Part shown: in pieces, positions 27,874 to 37,395 of the stretch
Layout: every line of letters begins with the position of its first letter
How positions within the stretch are numbered: position 1 is the first letter of the stretch
Source: Verrucomicrobiota bacterium
Lineage (GTDB): Bacteria > Verrucomicrobiota > Verrucomicrobiia > Limisphaerales > UBA9464
NCBI GenBank assembly: GCA_046346705.1
Contig: JAXMHR010000010.1
Coordinates: 141,602 to 205,601 of the forward strand
Direction of reading: 5' to 3'
Length of the DNA stretch: 64,000 nt
Program-made: the position numbers and the translations under genes
Notes under the pieces: model-generated
Seen by the model: only the letters and a program-made list of their open reading frames with translations
What the model was told of the DNA's origin: nothing
The model's database searches: none

Positions 27874-29364
27874 ATGCCCGCAGATTCCCGCATTCCCGTC
27901 TCCGTTCTCACCGGATTCCTCGGTGCCGGCAAGACCACCCTGCTCAATCACATTCTTACCGCCAATCACGGCAAGCGGATCGCCGTCATTGAAAACGAGT
28001 TTGGCGAAATCGGCATCGACAACGCCCTTGTGATCAATGCCGACGAGGAGATTTTCGAAATGAACAATGGGTGCATTTGCTGCACCGTCCGGGGAGATCT
28101 GATCCGGATCCTCGGACAGCTCCTGAAGCGCCGGGACAAGTTTGACTATATTCTGGTGGAAACTACCGGTCTCGCCGACCCGGGCCCGGTCGCGCAGACC
28201 TTCTTTTCGGATGAGGAAATGAAGGGCGCGTTTCGGTTGGACGGAATTGTCACCCTGGTGGATGCCCGGCACATCTCCCTGCATCTCGACGACGCACCGG
28301 AGGCCAAGGCGCAGATCGCCTTTGCGGATCGCATCCTCCTCAACAAGGTCGATCTCGTGTCAGAGAACGAGCTGGAGGCGCTGGAGGAACGCGTCCGGGG
28401 CATCAATGCGGTGGCGAAGATCTTCCGGACCACGAAGGCCAACCTGACCGTCGACCAGGTCCTCAACATCCACGCATTCGATCTCGATCATAAGCTGTCC
28501 ATCGACGGGGATTTCCTCGCCAAGGATCTGCCGTTCGAGTGGAGCGGAGCCTACCATCTCGACGCAGGCGCCCACGAACTGGTGCTGGAATCCGGTCCCG
28601 ACCCCGTCATGGGGGCGGTGTTGCTACAGTTGGATGCCCATGAGGCGCATTCCCACGACCACGAATGCCATCACCAGCATGACACGGCCCACGGAAAGGA
28701 CGCCGGACATGATCATGATGACGACCATGATCACGGTCACGACCATGATCACGATGGAGAACACTGCCACGGCGGGCTCCATGAGGCTTTGCATGAAGCC
28801 GAAGCCCGCGCCACCGCGCTGTTTTCCTATCCAGCCAAAACGGTCCGCAATGGGGGCGAACTCCGGCCGGCGTCGGCGTTCTATAAGCTGGTCTTGGGAG
28901 AAGACCGCACGACATTCCGGGTGACCATTCCGACCCACGGCAACTACGCCTTGTTCACCCAGCATGGGCTCGGAGAATTCTCAGGAGCGCTTCGGCGGGA
29001 CGGGAAAACCATCGAACCGGAACACGTGCATGAGCACGGAGGCCACGCTCACGGCCATACCCACGATGAGACGGTTACGAGCGTCGGATTCGAGGATCCC
29101 AAGGAACTGGACCCCCGCCGCGTGAATTCGTGGCTGAGTGAGCTGCTTCAAACCAAGGGGCAGGACATTTTCAGGATGAAGGGAATCCTGAACCTGAAGA
29201 ACGTTCCCGAAAGGTTCATTTTCCAAGGAGTCCACATGTTGTTCGAAGGTAAACCGGATCGGGCTTGGAAGGACGGGGAGGAGCGGAAGAGCCAAATTGT
29301 TTTTATCGGCCGCAATCTGGACCGAGAGGCCCTTCAGGCCGGATTCCGGCGCTGCCTCGCCTAG
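27874..29364 (+). CDS. COG0523/CobW-family GTPase metallochaperone with an enlarged His/Asp-rich insertion
   Basis: P-loop 'GFLGAGKTTLLNHIL', metal motif 'GCICCTVRGDL', 'ILVETTGLADP', 'NKVDL'. CobW_C-like end 'DIFRMKGILN...FQGVHMLF'. His-rich runs 'HEAHSHDHECHHQHDTAHGKDAGHDHDDDHDHGHDHDHDGEHCHG' and 'HVHEHGGHAHGHTHDE'. Confidence 0.85.
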   Translation: MPADSRIPVSVLTGFLGAGKTTLLNHILTANHGKRIAVIENEFGEIGIDNALVINADEEIFEMNNGCICCTVRGDLIRILGQLLKRRDKFDYILVETTGLADPGPVAQTFFSDEEMKGAFRLDGIVTLVDARHISLHLDDAPEAKAQIAFADRILLNKVDLVSENELEALEERVRGINAVAKIFRTTKANLTVDQVLNIHAFDLDHKLSIDGDFLAKDLPFEWSGAYHLDAGAHELVLESGPDPVMGAVLLQLDAHEAHSHDHECHHQHDTAHGKDAGHDHDDDHDHGHDHDHDGEHCHGGLHEALHEAEARATALFSYPAKTVRNGGELRPASAFYKLVLGEDRTTFRVTIPTHGNYALFTQHGLGEFSGALRRDGKTIEPEHVHEHGGHAHGHTHDETVTSVGFEDPKELDPRRVNSWLSELLQTKGQDIFRMKGILNLKNVPERFIFQGVHMLFEGKPDRAWKDGEERKSQIVFIGRNLDREALQAGFRRCLA

Positions 29365-29401
29365 GGTTATATCCACGTTCAGGCTCCTCCTGTCCTTTCT
29401 C

Positions 29402-30433
29402 GTGAGTACTTCAGTCGCGATTCAACGGTCTCCGGATTGGATCGTTGAGATCTCTGATTTTGTGGCTTCGGTCAGCTGGACCAAGGAGGGCCGGTCGTTG
29501 GCCGTGGCCGGCTCCTCCGGGCCAGTCGGGCACAGGGCGGCAGGGGATGGCGCCTTGTTGGAAACCTGGGCCGGTCACGAGGGAGGAACCTTCCGGGCGA
29601 CGTTCGGTCCAGTCGGGTCCACGCTGCTTTCCGTGGGGCAGGATGGGCATGTTCGGTTTTGGGAACCCGGTCACATCCTCCCCCAAGCGGAAGTGAAGGT
29701 TCCTGCCTCATGGGTGGAACAGGCCGTATGGGCTCCCGACGGCGCTTCGGCTGCCATCGCGGCCGGGAAGCAGGTGATGACTCTTCGTCCGGACGGCACG
29801 GTCCTGCATCGCCTGTCGCCCCTCCCAAGCACGGTGTCGGGGATCGTTTGGCGGGCCGACGGACGGGAACTTGCCGCGTCCGCGTATGGTCGAATCCAGA
29901 TCTGGGATGCCATTTCGGGACAGCCAAAGGAACCTCTGCTCTGGAAAACGTCCCTGATATCCATTTCCTGGAGTCCGGACCAACGATGGATCGTGGCGGG
30001 AACCCAGGAACAGAGCGTCCAAATCTGGGAGATTCCCTTCCGTCCCGGAAATGAACTCGCCATGAGCGGCTATCCCGGAAAGGTGCGCCATCTGGTGTGG
30101 CACCACAGCAGCCGTTACCTCGCCACCGACGGCGGGCCTGAAATCATGGTGTGGGATTGCGGTGGCCGGGGTCCTGCAGGGTCCACACCGAGGATTCTTG
30201 AAGGCCATCAAGCGCGGGTCTCCGCCTTGGCCTACCCCAAGGCAGGACACATTCTCGCCTCGGGATCGGAGGATGGCCTCGTGCTGCTGTGGAATGCGGG
30301 CAAATCGACGTCTCCGCTGTGTCAGATCCGAATGCCTGATGGCATCACCTGCCTTGATTGGAGTCCCGATGGACAGACTCTCGCCATGGGATGCCGCTCC
30401 GGGGCGGTCGGAGTCGTGAAGCCCGGAATTTAG
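29402..30433 (+). CDS. WD40 repeat protein
   Basis: Six or more WD-like blades ('LLSVGQDGHVRFWE', 'AASAYGRIQIWD', 'IVAGTQEQSVQIWE', 'LATDGGPEIMVWD', 'LASGSEDGLVLLWN', 'LAMGCRSGAVGVV'). The start is uncertain: the track ATG at 29297 overlaps the COG0523 gene, and an in-frame GTG at 29402 lies just after its stop. Confidence 0.65.
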   Translation: MSTSVAIQRSPDWIVEISDFVASVSWTKEGRSLAVAGSSGPVGHRAAGDGALLETWAGHEGGTFRATFGPVGSTLLSVGQDGHVRFWEPGHILPQAEVKVPASWVEQAVWAPDGASAAIAAGKQVMTLRPDGTVLHRLSPLPSTVSGIVWRADGRELAASAYGRIQIWDAISGQPKEPLLWKTSLISISWSPDQRWIVAGTQEQSVQIWEIPFRPGNELAMSGYPGKVRHLVWHHSSRYLATDGGPEIMVWDCGGRGPAGSTPRILEGHQARVSALAYPKAGHILASGSEDGLVLLWNAGKSTSPLCQIRMPDGITCLDWSPDGQTLAMGCRSGAVGVVKPGI

Positions 30434-30452
30434 TCCGATTGGCGCAGCGTTT

Positions 30453-31640
30453 TCACGAGACATCCAGCCCAAACAGGCGCTGGTGTTCGCGGATGAGGTA
30501 GCGATCTGTCATTCCGGCCACGTGATCGCAAACGGCCCGGTGGAGTCCAATGGAGGCCACCCGTTCCCGGGAGCCCTTTCCCATTTCAAAGGGGTGCGCG
30601 ATGAGATGTTGAAACACCTCGCGGAGCATTCGAACCGCCCGCCGGTTGGGTTCATTGACGGCCGGATTGTAATACAGATTTCGATAGAGGTACTTCCTCA
30701 GCTCCAGATTCGCCTTTCGGCGTTCCGGACTATACCGCACCAGCGGTCGCCGCTGAGCACGGACCTCGTCCGCCGATTGGACACCCGTTTCGGCCAGGTG
30801 AGACAGAGTGGTGGTGACCACGTCGGTGACCTGCTCATCAATGATTTCCCGGATTGTGTAGTATCGGCGGCTTTCCGCGGGAAGTGCACCGAACCGGCGC
30901 CGCACGCCGCGGGCGGCGTCAGCCCAAATCTGCAACTGCGATTGGAGCTTCTTTTCTTCGAGCAAACCGGAGTCAAGACCGTCATCCAGATCGTGGCTGT
31001 AGTAAGCGATCTCGTCCGCGAGATTGGCAATCTGGGCTTCTAGGGAAGGCTGCCGGCGTGTGAAGGGCCGGCAACCTGAAGGCAACGGGAACTCTCCCTG
31101 ATGTTTGGCCAGTCCTTCCCGAACTTCCCAGGAAAGATTCAGCCCGGGAAATCGGGGGTATTTCCGCTCCAATTCCTCCACCACCCGGAGGCTTTGCCGG
31201 TTGTGCTCAAACCCCCCATTGCCCTGCATCAATCGATCAAGGGCGTGTTCCCCGGTGTGTCCCACCGGCGAATGGCCCAGGTCATGGGCCAACGCAATGG
31301 TTTCGGCCAGATCCTCATTCAGGCCCAGCGCCCGGGCCAGGTTCCTGGAAATCGCGGCCACCTCCATGGTGTGGGTCAGTCGCGTCCGGAGATGATCCCC
31401 GGTGCCGTTGAGGAACACCTGGGTCTTGTACTCGAGGCGTCGAAACGCACGGCTGTGGATGACCCGGTCGCGGTCCCTTTGGAACTGGGTCCGCCATTCC
31501 GGCGGCTCCTCGTCGTGGAGGCGTCCCCGGCTTTCGCCGCTCAACTGGGCGAAGGCCGCGAGGAACCGCCGCTCGCGGTCCTCGAGATCCACCCGTGTTA
31601 CCGGACCGGGGGACCTGCGAATGGAAGTACGGGGTGCCAT
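30453..31640 (-). CDS. dgt: dGTP triphosphohydrolase-like HD-domain protein
   Basis: 'FQRDRDRVIHSRAFRRLEYKTQVF', 'DHLRTRLTHTMEVAAISR', 'AHDLGHSPVGH', 'ADEIAYYSHDLDDG'. Confidence 0.85.
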   Translation of the reverse strand: MAPRTSIRRSPGPVTRVDLEDRERRFLAAFAQLSGESRGRLHDEEPPEWRTQFQRDRDRVIHSRAFRRLEYKTQVFLNGTGDHLRTRLTHTMEVAAISRNLARALGLNEDLAETIALAHDLGHSPVGHTGEHALDRLMQGNGGFEHNRQSLRVVEELERKYPRFPGLNLSWEVREGLAKHQGEFPLPSGCRPFTRRQPSLEAQIANLADEIAYYSHDLDDGLDSGLLEEKKLQSQLQIWADAARGVRRRFGALPAESRRYYTIREIIDEQVTDVVTTTLSHLAETGVQSADEVRAQRRPLVRYSPERRKANLELRKYLYRNLYYNPAVNEPNRRAVRMLREVFQHLIAHPFEMGKGSRERVASIGLHRAVCDHVAGMTDRYLIREHQRLFGLDVS

Positions 31641-31784
31641 CGGCGCAACGATGGTCGGAATCGCCCAGTGTTGTCACGCCGCCGCACACCGGGTTCCGTC
31701 CGGCGCGTTCACCATTCCCCCGGCTCCGCATTGCCGCCGGGCTCCAAGCGGGCTTTGCTCACGCGTGCGGGAATGCGCGAATCC

Positions 31785-33041
31785 ATGAACATCTACTCCG
31801 ACCCCACCTTCGACATGGCATGTCTCCAGTTCGACGGCGTCGCCGACCGTTTGCAAATTCCCGCCTCCGACCGTGAACGCCTCAAGGTTCCAAAGCGCGC
31901 CCTGGTGGTGGCGGTTCCGACGCGAATGGACGATGGAACGACCCGGGTGTTCTCAGGATACCGGGTCCAGCACCACCTGACGCTGGGCCCCACCAAGGGC
32001 GGCATCCGCTACCATCCGGGCGTTTCGCTCGGCGAGGTCGCAGCATTGGCGATGTGGATGAGTTGGAAATGCGCCCTGGCCGGGCTCCCATTCGGCGGCG
32101 CCAAGGGCGGAGTCACCGTGGATCCCCGGCAGCTGTCCACCGGCGAATTGGAGCGTCTCACCCGTCGCTTCACCCAGGAACTGGTGGGATTCATCGGACC
32201 TCAAACCGACATTCCCGCACCGGATCTGGGTACCAACGAACAAACCATGGCGTGGATGATGGACACCGTTTCCGTCCACGCCGGTCATTCCGTACCCGGA
32301 GTCGTCACCGGAAAACCCATCGTGATTGGAGGTTCACTCGGGCGTCGCGAGGCGACCGGCCGTGGCGTCGCTTATCTTGCGGGCCGCGCCATGGACACCC
32401 TGGGAATTGCCACCGCGGGCGCCACGGCTGTGGTGCAGGGCTACGGCAATGTCGGAGCCATCGCCGCCCATTCCCTGAGCCGTCAGGGCTTCCGGATCCT
32501 CGCCGTCAGCGATGTGAACGGAGGGTTGTACCACCCGCGCGGCCTCGACATGCCGCGGTTGGACGCTTGGGCCCAATCCCGCGGGACCTTGGCGGGCTTT
32601 CCGGAAGCGGAAGCGATCGGCAACGGTGACCTACTGGAACTTTCCTGTGACGTGCTCGTGCCCGCGGCCCTGGAGCGACAGATCACGGGGGCCAACGCGG
32701 GACGGATCCGATGCCGAATTCTTGCAGAAGGAGCGAATGGCCCCACCACCCCAGACGCCGATGCGATCCTCGACGACCGGGGAGACGTGTTCGTCATTCC
32801 GGATATTCTCTGCAACGCGGGTGGCGTCGTGGTGAGCTATTTCGAGTGGGTCCAGGACCTCCAGTCCTTTTTCTGGACCGAAGGCGAGGTCATGGACCGT
32901 CTCTTTCGAATTCTGGAAGGCGCCTTCACCCAGACGCTTCAATTGTCACGACGCGACGCGATTTCCATGCGGACCGCTGCCCTGAGTCTTGGTATCCGCA
33001 GGGTCTGGGAGGCGAAGCGCGCGCGCGGGCTGTTTCCCTAA
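31785..33041 (+). CDS. gdhA: Glutamate dehydrogenase (Glu/Leu/Phe/Val dehydrogenase family)
   Basis: 'GPTKGGIRYHPGVSLGEVAALAMWMSWKCALAGLPFGGAKGGV', NAD(P) fold 'VVQGYGNVG', 'NAGGVVVSYFEWVQ'. The 646-aa track ORF is an extension antisense to dgt. An alternative ATG is at 31773. Confidence 0.9.
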   Translation: MNIYSDPTFDMACLQFDGVADRLQIPASDRERLKVPKRALVVAVPTRMDDGTTRVFSGYRVQHHLTLGPTKGGIRYHPGVSLGEVAALAMWMSWKCALAGLPFGGAKGGVTVDPRQLSTGELERLTRRFTQELVGFIGPQTDIPAPDLGTNEQTMAWMMDTVSVHAGHSVPGVVTGKPIVIGGSLGRREATGRGVAYLAGRAMDTLGIATAGATAVVQGYGNVGAIAAHSLSRQGFRILAVSDVNGGLYHPRGLDMPRLDAWAQSRGTLAGFPEAEAIGNGDLLELSCDVLVPAALERQITGANAGRIRCRILAEGANGPTTPDADAILDDRGDVFVIPDILCNAGGVVVSYFEWVQDLQSFFWTEGEVMDRLFRILEGAFTQTLQLSRRDAISMRTAALSLGIRRVWEAKRARGLFP

Positions 33042-33138
33042 ACTCCCGACCCAGATCAGATCCATCGCGGAGGGTTCATTTCACTCCGGGATGCTCGGAT
33101 GGACTTTGAAGGTCCCCTGCCCCACACTTCCCCGTCCG

Positions 33139-34698
33139 ATGAGCAAGCGCTTCTTCCTCACCACCGCCATTGACTACGTGAATGGGGCTCCGCATCTGGG
33201 GCATGCCTATGAAAAGGTCATTGCCGATGTGATGGCTCGATCCGGCCGCAGCCGTGGGGAGAGCGTTTTCTTTCTGACCGGCCTGGACGAACACGGTCAA
33301 AAGGTTCAGCAAGCCGCGCAGGAACTGGGAAAGACACCCCAGGAATATTGTGATGCCCTGGCATTGCAATGGCGGGATTTCGTGGCCCGCTTGGGATTAT
33401 CCAACGATGACTTCATCCGCACGACCGAAACGCGTCACCAACGCACCGTTCAGGCCATCCTGAACCGCCTCCACGCCGAAGACCATTTCTACAAGGCCGA
33501 GTATCGTGGATTCTACTCCGTCAGGGAGGAGACGTTCCTGACGGACAAGGACCGGAATCCCGACGGCACCTGGGATCCCAAATGGGGGACCGTGAACGAG
33601 TTGGTTGAGGAAAACTGGTACTTCCGTCTCGGACGCCACCAGGCGTGGCTGATCGAGCACATCGAGGCACATCCGGAGTTTATTGAGCCGGAGACCCGTC
33701 GAAACGAGGTCCTGGGCTTCCTCAAAAACAACACCCTTGGGGACCTTTGCATCTCCCGTCCCGCATCCCGTCTCGCCTGGGGAATTCCCATTCCTTTTGA
33801 CCCCGGCTATGTCACCTATGTCTGGTTCGATGCGCTGGTGAATTACTTTTCGGTCCCGGCGTCCCTGGGCGATCCGACCCCGGCCACCGCGTTGGGGGGG
33901 AGCTCACCGGCCGCACCTGGACTCGAACCGCTCTGGCCTCCGGATGTGCACCTGATTGGGAAGGACATTCTCAAGTTTCACGCCGTGTATTGGCCCATCA
34001 TGCTCCGAGCGCTGGGAGTCCCCCTGCCCCTCAAGCTCCTGACCCATGGCTGGTGGCAAAAGGACGGGGCCAAATTGAGCAAGTCCACTGGAAACATTGT
34101 GGACCCGCTCGCCGTCATTGAGGAATGGGGATTGGACGCCTTTCGGTATTTCCTGGTGCGCGAGCTGGCCATCGGTCCCGACGGCAACTGGACGGACGAG
34201 GGCTTCAGAGTCCGATACAATGCCGAACTGGCCAATGGCCTCGGAAACCTGCTCAACCGTTCGGTGAGCATGCTCAACCGCTACCGCGACGGGATCGTCC
34301 CGCCGGTTTCAACTGAGTTGTCCGTCGACGCGGGAGCTGCCGTCCGCGAAACCGTCGCCCATCTGGAATCCCATCGACTTCAGGATGCGCTGGTTTCCAT
34401 CTGGTCGTTGGTGAATCGGGCCAACCTGTACGTCGAACAGACCCGCCCCTTCAATCTGGCCAAGGATCCTTCCCAGGCGGCCCGGCTCGACGAGGTGCTT
34501 TACAATCTGGTTGAAGTCTGTCGGATCCTGGCCGTGTTGCTCTGGCCGTTCCTGCCGGGGACCGCCGAGAAGATCTTCCTTCAGTTGAACGCTTCCGGGA
34601 CTCCGGATCGCATCGAGCACGCCTCATGGGGAGGCATGGTCACCGGAGAACGCATTGGTGCGGCCGTGCCACTGTTCCCGCGCAAGGATTTGAAGTAG
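33139..34698 (+). CDS. metG: Methionine--tRNA ligase (short form without the C-terminal tRNA-binding domain)
   Basis: 'TTAIDYVNGAPHLGHAYE' (HIGH-type), 'KLSKSTGN' (KMSKS), 'YVWFDAL'. Start at the ATG at 33139 (MSKRFFLTT). Confidence 0.9.
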   Translation: MSKRFFLTTAIDYVNGAPHLGHAYEKVIADVMARSGRSRGESVFFLTGLDEHGQKVQQAAQELGKTPQEYCDALALQWRDFVARLGLSNDDFIRTTETRHQRTVQAILNRLHAEDHFYKAEYRGFYSVREETFLTDKDRNPDGTWDPKWGTVNELVEENWYFRLGRHQAWLIEHIEAHPEFIEPETRRNEVLGFLKNNTLGDLCISRPASRLAWGIPIPFDPGYVTYVWFDALVNYFSVPASLGDPTPATALGGSSPAAPGLEPLWPPDVHLIGKDILKFHAVYWPIMLRALGVPLPLKLLTHGWWQKDGAKLSKSTGNIVDPLAVIEEWGLDAFRYFLVRELAIGPDGNWTDEGFRVRYNAELANGLGNLLNRSVSMLNRYRDGIVPPVSTELSVDAGAAVRETVAHLESHRLQDALVSIWSLVNRANLYVEQTRPFNLAKDPSQAARLDEVLYNLVEVCRILAVLLWPFLPGTAEKIFLQLNASGTPDRIEHASWGGMVTGERIGAAVPLFPRKDLK

Positions 34699-34793
34699 GG
34701 GCTCGCCGAATTGGGTTTTCCGCGCTGGTGCAGCTTTAGGCTTGGACGGAAATCCAGAGGAAGTGTTCCCTTCCCCGGTTCCCGCGGCGCCCC

Positions 34794-35837
34794 ATGAATC
34801 CCCGCATTTTTCTCGTCACCGTATCGCTTGGCCTGAGTCTGCTGATCGGCCTCATCGTCTCCCGGCGAAACCTCCCTGCTGGAAAAGAGACTCCAACGGC
34901 GGGCGGGAAGATTCGAATTGGTCTGTCGTTGGACACACTGAAAGAGGAGCGATGGCAGCGGGATCGCGATCGATTCGTCGAAGAGGCGACGAAACTGGGG
35001 GCCGAAGTTTTGACCCAGTCGGCGAATTCCGACGACGCCACACAGATGCGCGATGTGGAGTCGCTGATCAGCAGCCGGGTGGACGTGATGGTCATCGTCC
35101 CCCACAACGGCGAGGCCATGGCCAAGGGCGTCCGCGCCAGCAAGGCTGCCGGAATCCCGGTGATTTCCTACGACCGTCTGATTCGGGACAGCGACGTCGA
35201 TCTCTACATTAGCTTTGACAACATCCGCGTCGGCGAACTGCAGGCGCAGTATTTGGTGGACCAACTCAGGGGTCGGAAGGCACGCCTGGTCCGCATTTAC
35301 GGCTCAAAAACCGACAACAACGCGGTTTTGTTCAAAGCCGGACAAGACCGGGTTCTGCAGCCGCTCATCGACCGGGGCGATCTTGAGGTGGTGTTCGAGG
35401 ACTGGGCGCTCGACTGGAAACCGGAAAACGCGAAGAAAATCGTCAACGCCGCGATCACGGCCAAGGGCAGGAACCTCGACGCCATTCTTGCTTCGAACGA
35501 TGGCACCGCGGGGGGTGCCATTCAGGCGCTGACCGAAGAGGGGCTTGCCGGTAAGATTTTAGTCACCGGTCAGGACGCTGAATTGGCAGCGGTCCAGCGC
35601 ATCCATCGGGGGACCCAGGCCATGACCATCTACAAGCCCGTGAGCCGCCTTGCTGCCCGTGCGGCGGCCACCGCGGTGGCCATGGCTCGGCACCAGGTCA
35701 TCATTGCCAATGGCGCCGTCAACAATGGGTTCAAGGACGTTCCCAGCATTCTGGAGGAGGTCATCGTGGTCAACCGGACCAACATCCTCGAAACGGTGGT
35801 GCGGGATGGATTCCATCGCGCCGAGGATTTGAAGTAA
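34794..35837 (+). CDS. xylF: D-xylose-type ABC transporter substrate-binding protein
   Basis: Close resemblance to XylF: 'IRIGLSLDTLKEERWQRDRDRFVEEATKLGAEVLTQSAN', 'ISYDRLIRDSDVDLYISFDNIRVGELQAQYLV'. Signal/TM at the N-terminus. Confidence 0.8.
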   Translation: MNPRIFLVTVSLGLSLLIGLIVSRRNLPAGKETPTAGGKIRIGLSLDTLKEERWQRDRDRFVEEATKLGAEVLTQSANSDDATQMRDVESLISSRVDVMVIVPHNGEAMAKGVRASKAAGIPVISYDRLIRDSDVDLYISFDNIRVGELQAQYLVDQLRGRKARLVRIYGSKTDNNAVLFKAGQDRVLQPLIDRGDLEVVFEDWALDWKPENAKKIVNAAITAKGRNLDAILASNDGTAGGAIQALTEEGLAGKILVTGQDAELAAVQRIHRGTQAMTIYKPVSRLAARAAATAVAMARHQVIIANGAVNNGFKDVPSILEEVIVVNRTNILETVVRDGFHRAEDLK

Positions 35838-35861
35838 TTCGTATTTTGCCGTCCCGTCCCC

Positions 35862-37394
35862 ATGCCCCTGCTTGAGGCACGCCAGTTGACGAAGCGCTTT
35901 CCCGGGGTCGTTGCCCTGAATGGAGTGAGCTTTGATCTTCAGCCCGGGGAGGTGCATGCCCTGTGCGGGGAAAATGGTGCCGGCAAATCCACCCTGATCA
36001 AAACGCTCTCGGGAATTCATCCGGCCGGGAGCTACGAGGGCGAGATCCGGGTGGACGGTCGCGCGGTCTCCTTTCGCTCGCTTCAGGACGCCGAGGCGGC
36101 AGGGATCGCGGTGATTTATCAGGAGCTGGCCCTGGTGGAGGAAATGTCGGTGGCGGAAAACATTTTCCTCGGCCATGAGCCCCGGCGCGGGTTCTGGGTG
36201 GATTGGGATGAAGTTCGCGCCCAGGCCGCCCGGCTGTTGGAACGGTTTCAGATCCAACTCGACCCGGATACTCCGGTCCGGGACCTGGGGGTTGGACAAA
36301 AACAATTGGTCGAAATCGTCAAGGCACTCGCGAAGCGTTCGAGAATCCTGATCCTCGACGAACCCACGGCCGCGCTGGCGGAAGCCGAGATTGAAATACT
36401 GCTGCGGATCCTCAGGGAACTCAGGGCCTCGGGCGTCGCCTGCATTTACATCTCCCACAAGTTGGGCGAGGTGATGTCGCTGGCGGATCGCATCACCGTG
36501 CTGCGGGACGGCGCCAGCATCACCACCTTGAAGGCGGCTGACGCCAGCATTGCCGGAATCATCCGGCACATGGTGGGACGCGAGATCAAGGACCTCTATC
36601 CACGCAATCGTTCGGCGCCGGTGGGTTCCGTCCTGCTCTCGGTTCGGAATCTCGCAGCGGCACCCGATTCCGAGTCGTCCGCCCGGCTCACCGGAATCGC
36701 GTTTGAGGTTCGGGCGGGAGAAGTGCTCGGCATCGGTGGACTGATGGGTGCCGGACGGTCTGAAACGTTGATGCATCTCTTCGGCGCCTGGGGTGTCCGA
36801 CGTTCAGGTGACGTTGAATTGGGCGGGCAGCGTTATGATGCTCCTGAACCGAGCGAATCCATCCGGCGCGGCTTGGTCATGGTGACCGATGATCGTAAGC
36901 GGTATGGCCTCCATCTCGAACAGCCGATCGGATACAATCTATCGCTTTCTTCCCTGGACCGCCTGACCCGCAACGGCCTGATCGACGAGGTATCTGAGAC
37001 TTTAGTGGACCAGAGATTTTTTGATGCGCTTCGCGTCAAGGCCCTCGGCCTTGAGACGGTCGTGGGCGGCCTTTCGGGTGGAAACCAGCAGAAGGTGGTC
37101 ATTGGCAAGGCGCTCATGACGGAGCCCAAGGTGGTGTTCCTGGACGAACCAACCCGAGGAATCGATGTCGGCGCGAAGCTCGAAGTGTATCACCTGATCA
37201 ATCGATTGACCTCCGAGGGACGTGCCGTGGTGCTCGTGTCCAGTGAACTGCCGGAATTGATGGGCATGAGCGACCGCATCGTCATGCTGCACGAGGGCAC
37301 GGTCGGTGGCACGTTTCTCCCTGCCGCGTTCGACCAGGAACGCTTGATGGCGGCCGCCATGGGACGGTCTGCCGGTCCCGAAGAGATCAACTGA
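35862..37394 (+). CDS. xylG: Sugar (xylose-type) ABC transporter ATP-binding protein, duplicated ABC domains
   Basis: 'GENGAGKSTLIKTLSGIHPAGSYEGEI', 'LILDEPTAAL', second domain 'LSGGNQQKVVIGKAL', 'FLDEPTRGIDVGAK'. Confidence 0.8.
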   Translation: MPLLEARQLTKRFPGVVALNGVSFDLQPGEVHALCGENGAGKSTLIKTLSGIHPAGSYEGEIRVDGRAVSFRSLQDAEAAGIAVIYQELALVEEMSVAENIFLGHEPRRGFWVDWDEVRAQAARLLERFQIQLDPDTPVRDLGVGQKQLVEIVKALAKRSRILILDEPTAALAEAEIEILLRILRELRASGVACIYISHKLGEVMSLADRITVLRDGASITTLKAADASIAGIIRHMVGREIKDLYPRNRSAPVGSVLLSVRNLAAAPDSESSARLTGIAFEVRAGEVLGIGGLMGAGRSETLMHLFGAWGVRRSGDVELGGQRYDAPEPSESIRRGLVMVTDDRKRYGLHLEQPIGYNLSLSSLDRLTRNGLIDEVSETLVDQRFFDALRVKALGLETVVGGLSGGNQQKVVIGKALMTEPKVVFLDEPTRGIDVGAKLEVYHLINRLTSEGRAVVLVSSELPELMGMSDRIVMLHEGTVGGTFLPAAFDQERLMAAAMGRSAGPEEIN

Positions 37395-37395
37395 C

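Noticed and set aside
28630-28790. Short periodic CAT/GAC/CAC repeats that could be mistaken for a tandem DNA repeat or a CRISPR-like array
   Set aside because: They are in frame inside the COG0523 gene and simply encode the His/Asp-rich run. There is no repeat-spacer organisation.
31101-31784. N-terminal 228 codons of the 646-aa track ORF preceding gdh
   Set aside because: It is antisense to dgt and its upstream region. The Glu dehydrogenase homology begins at MNIYSDP (31785).
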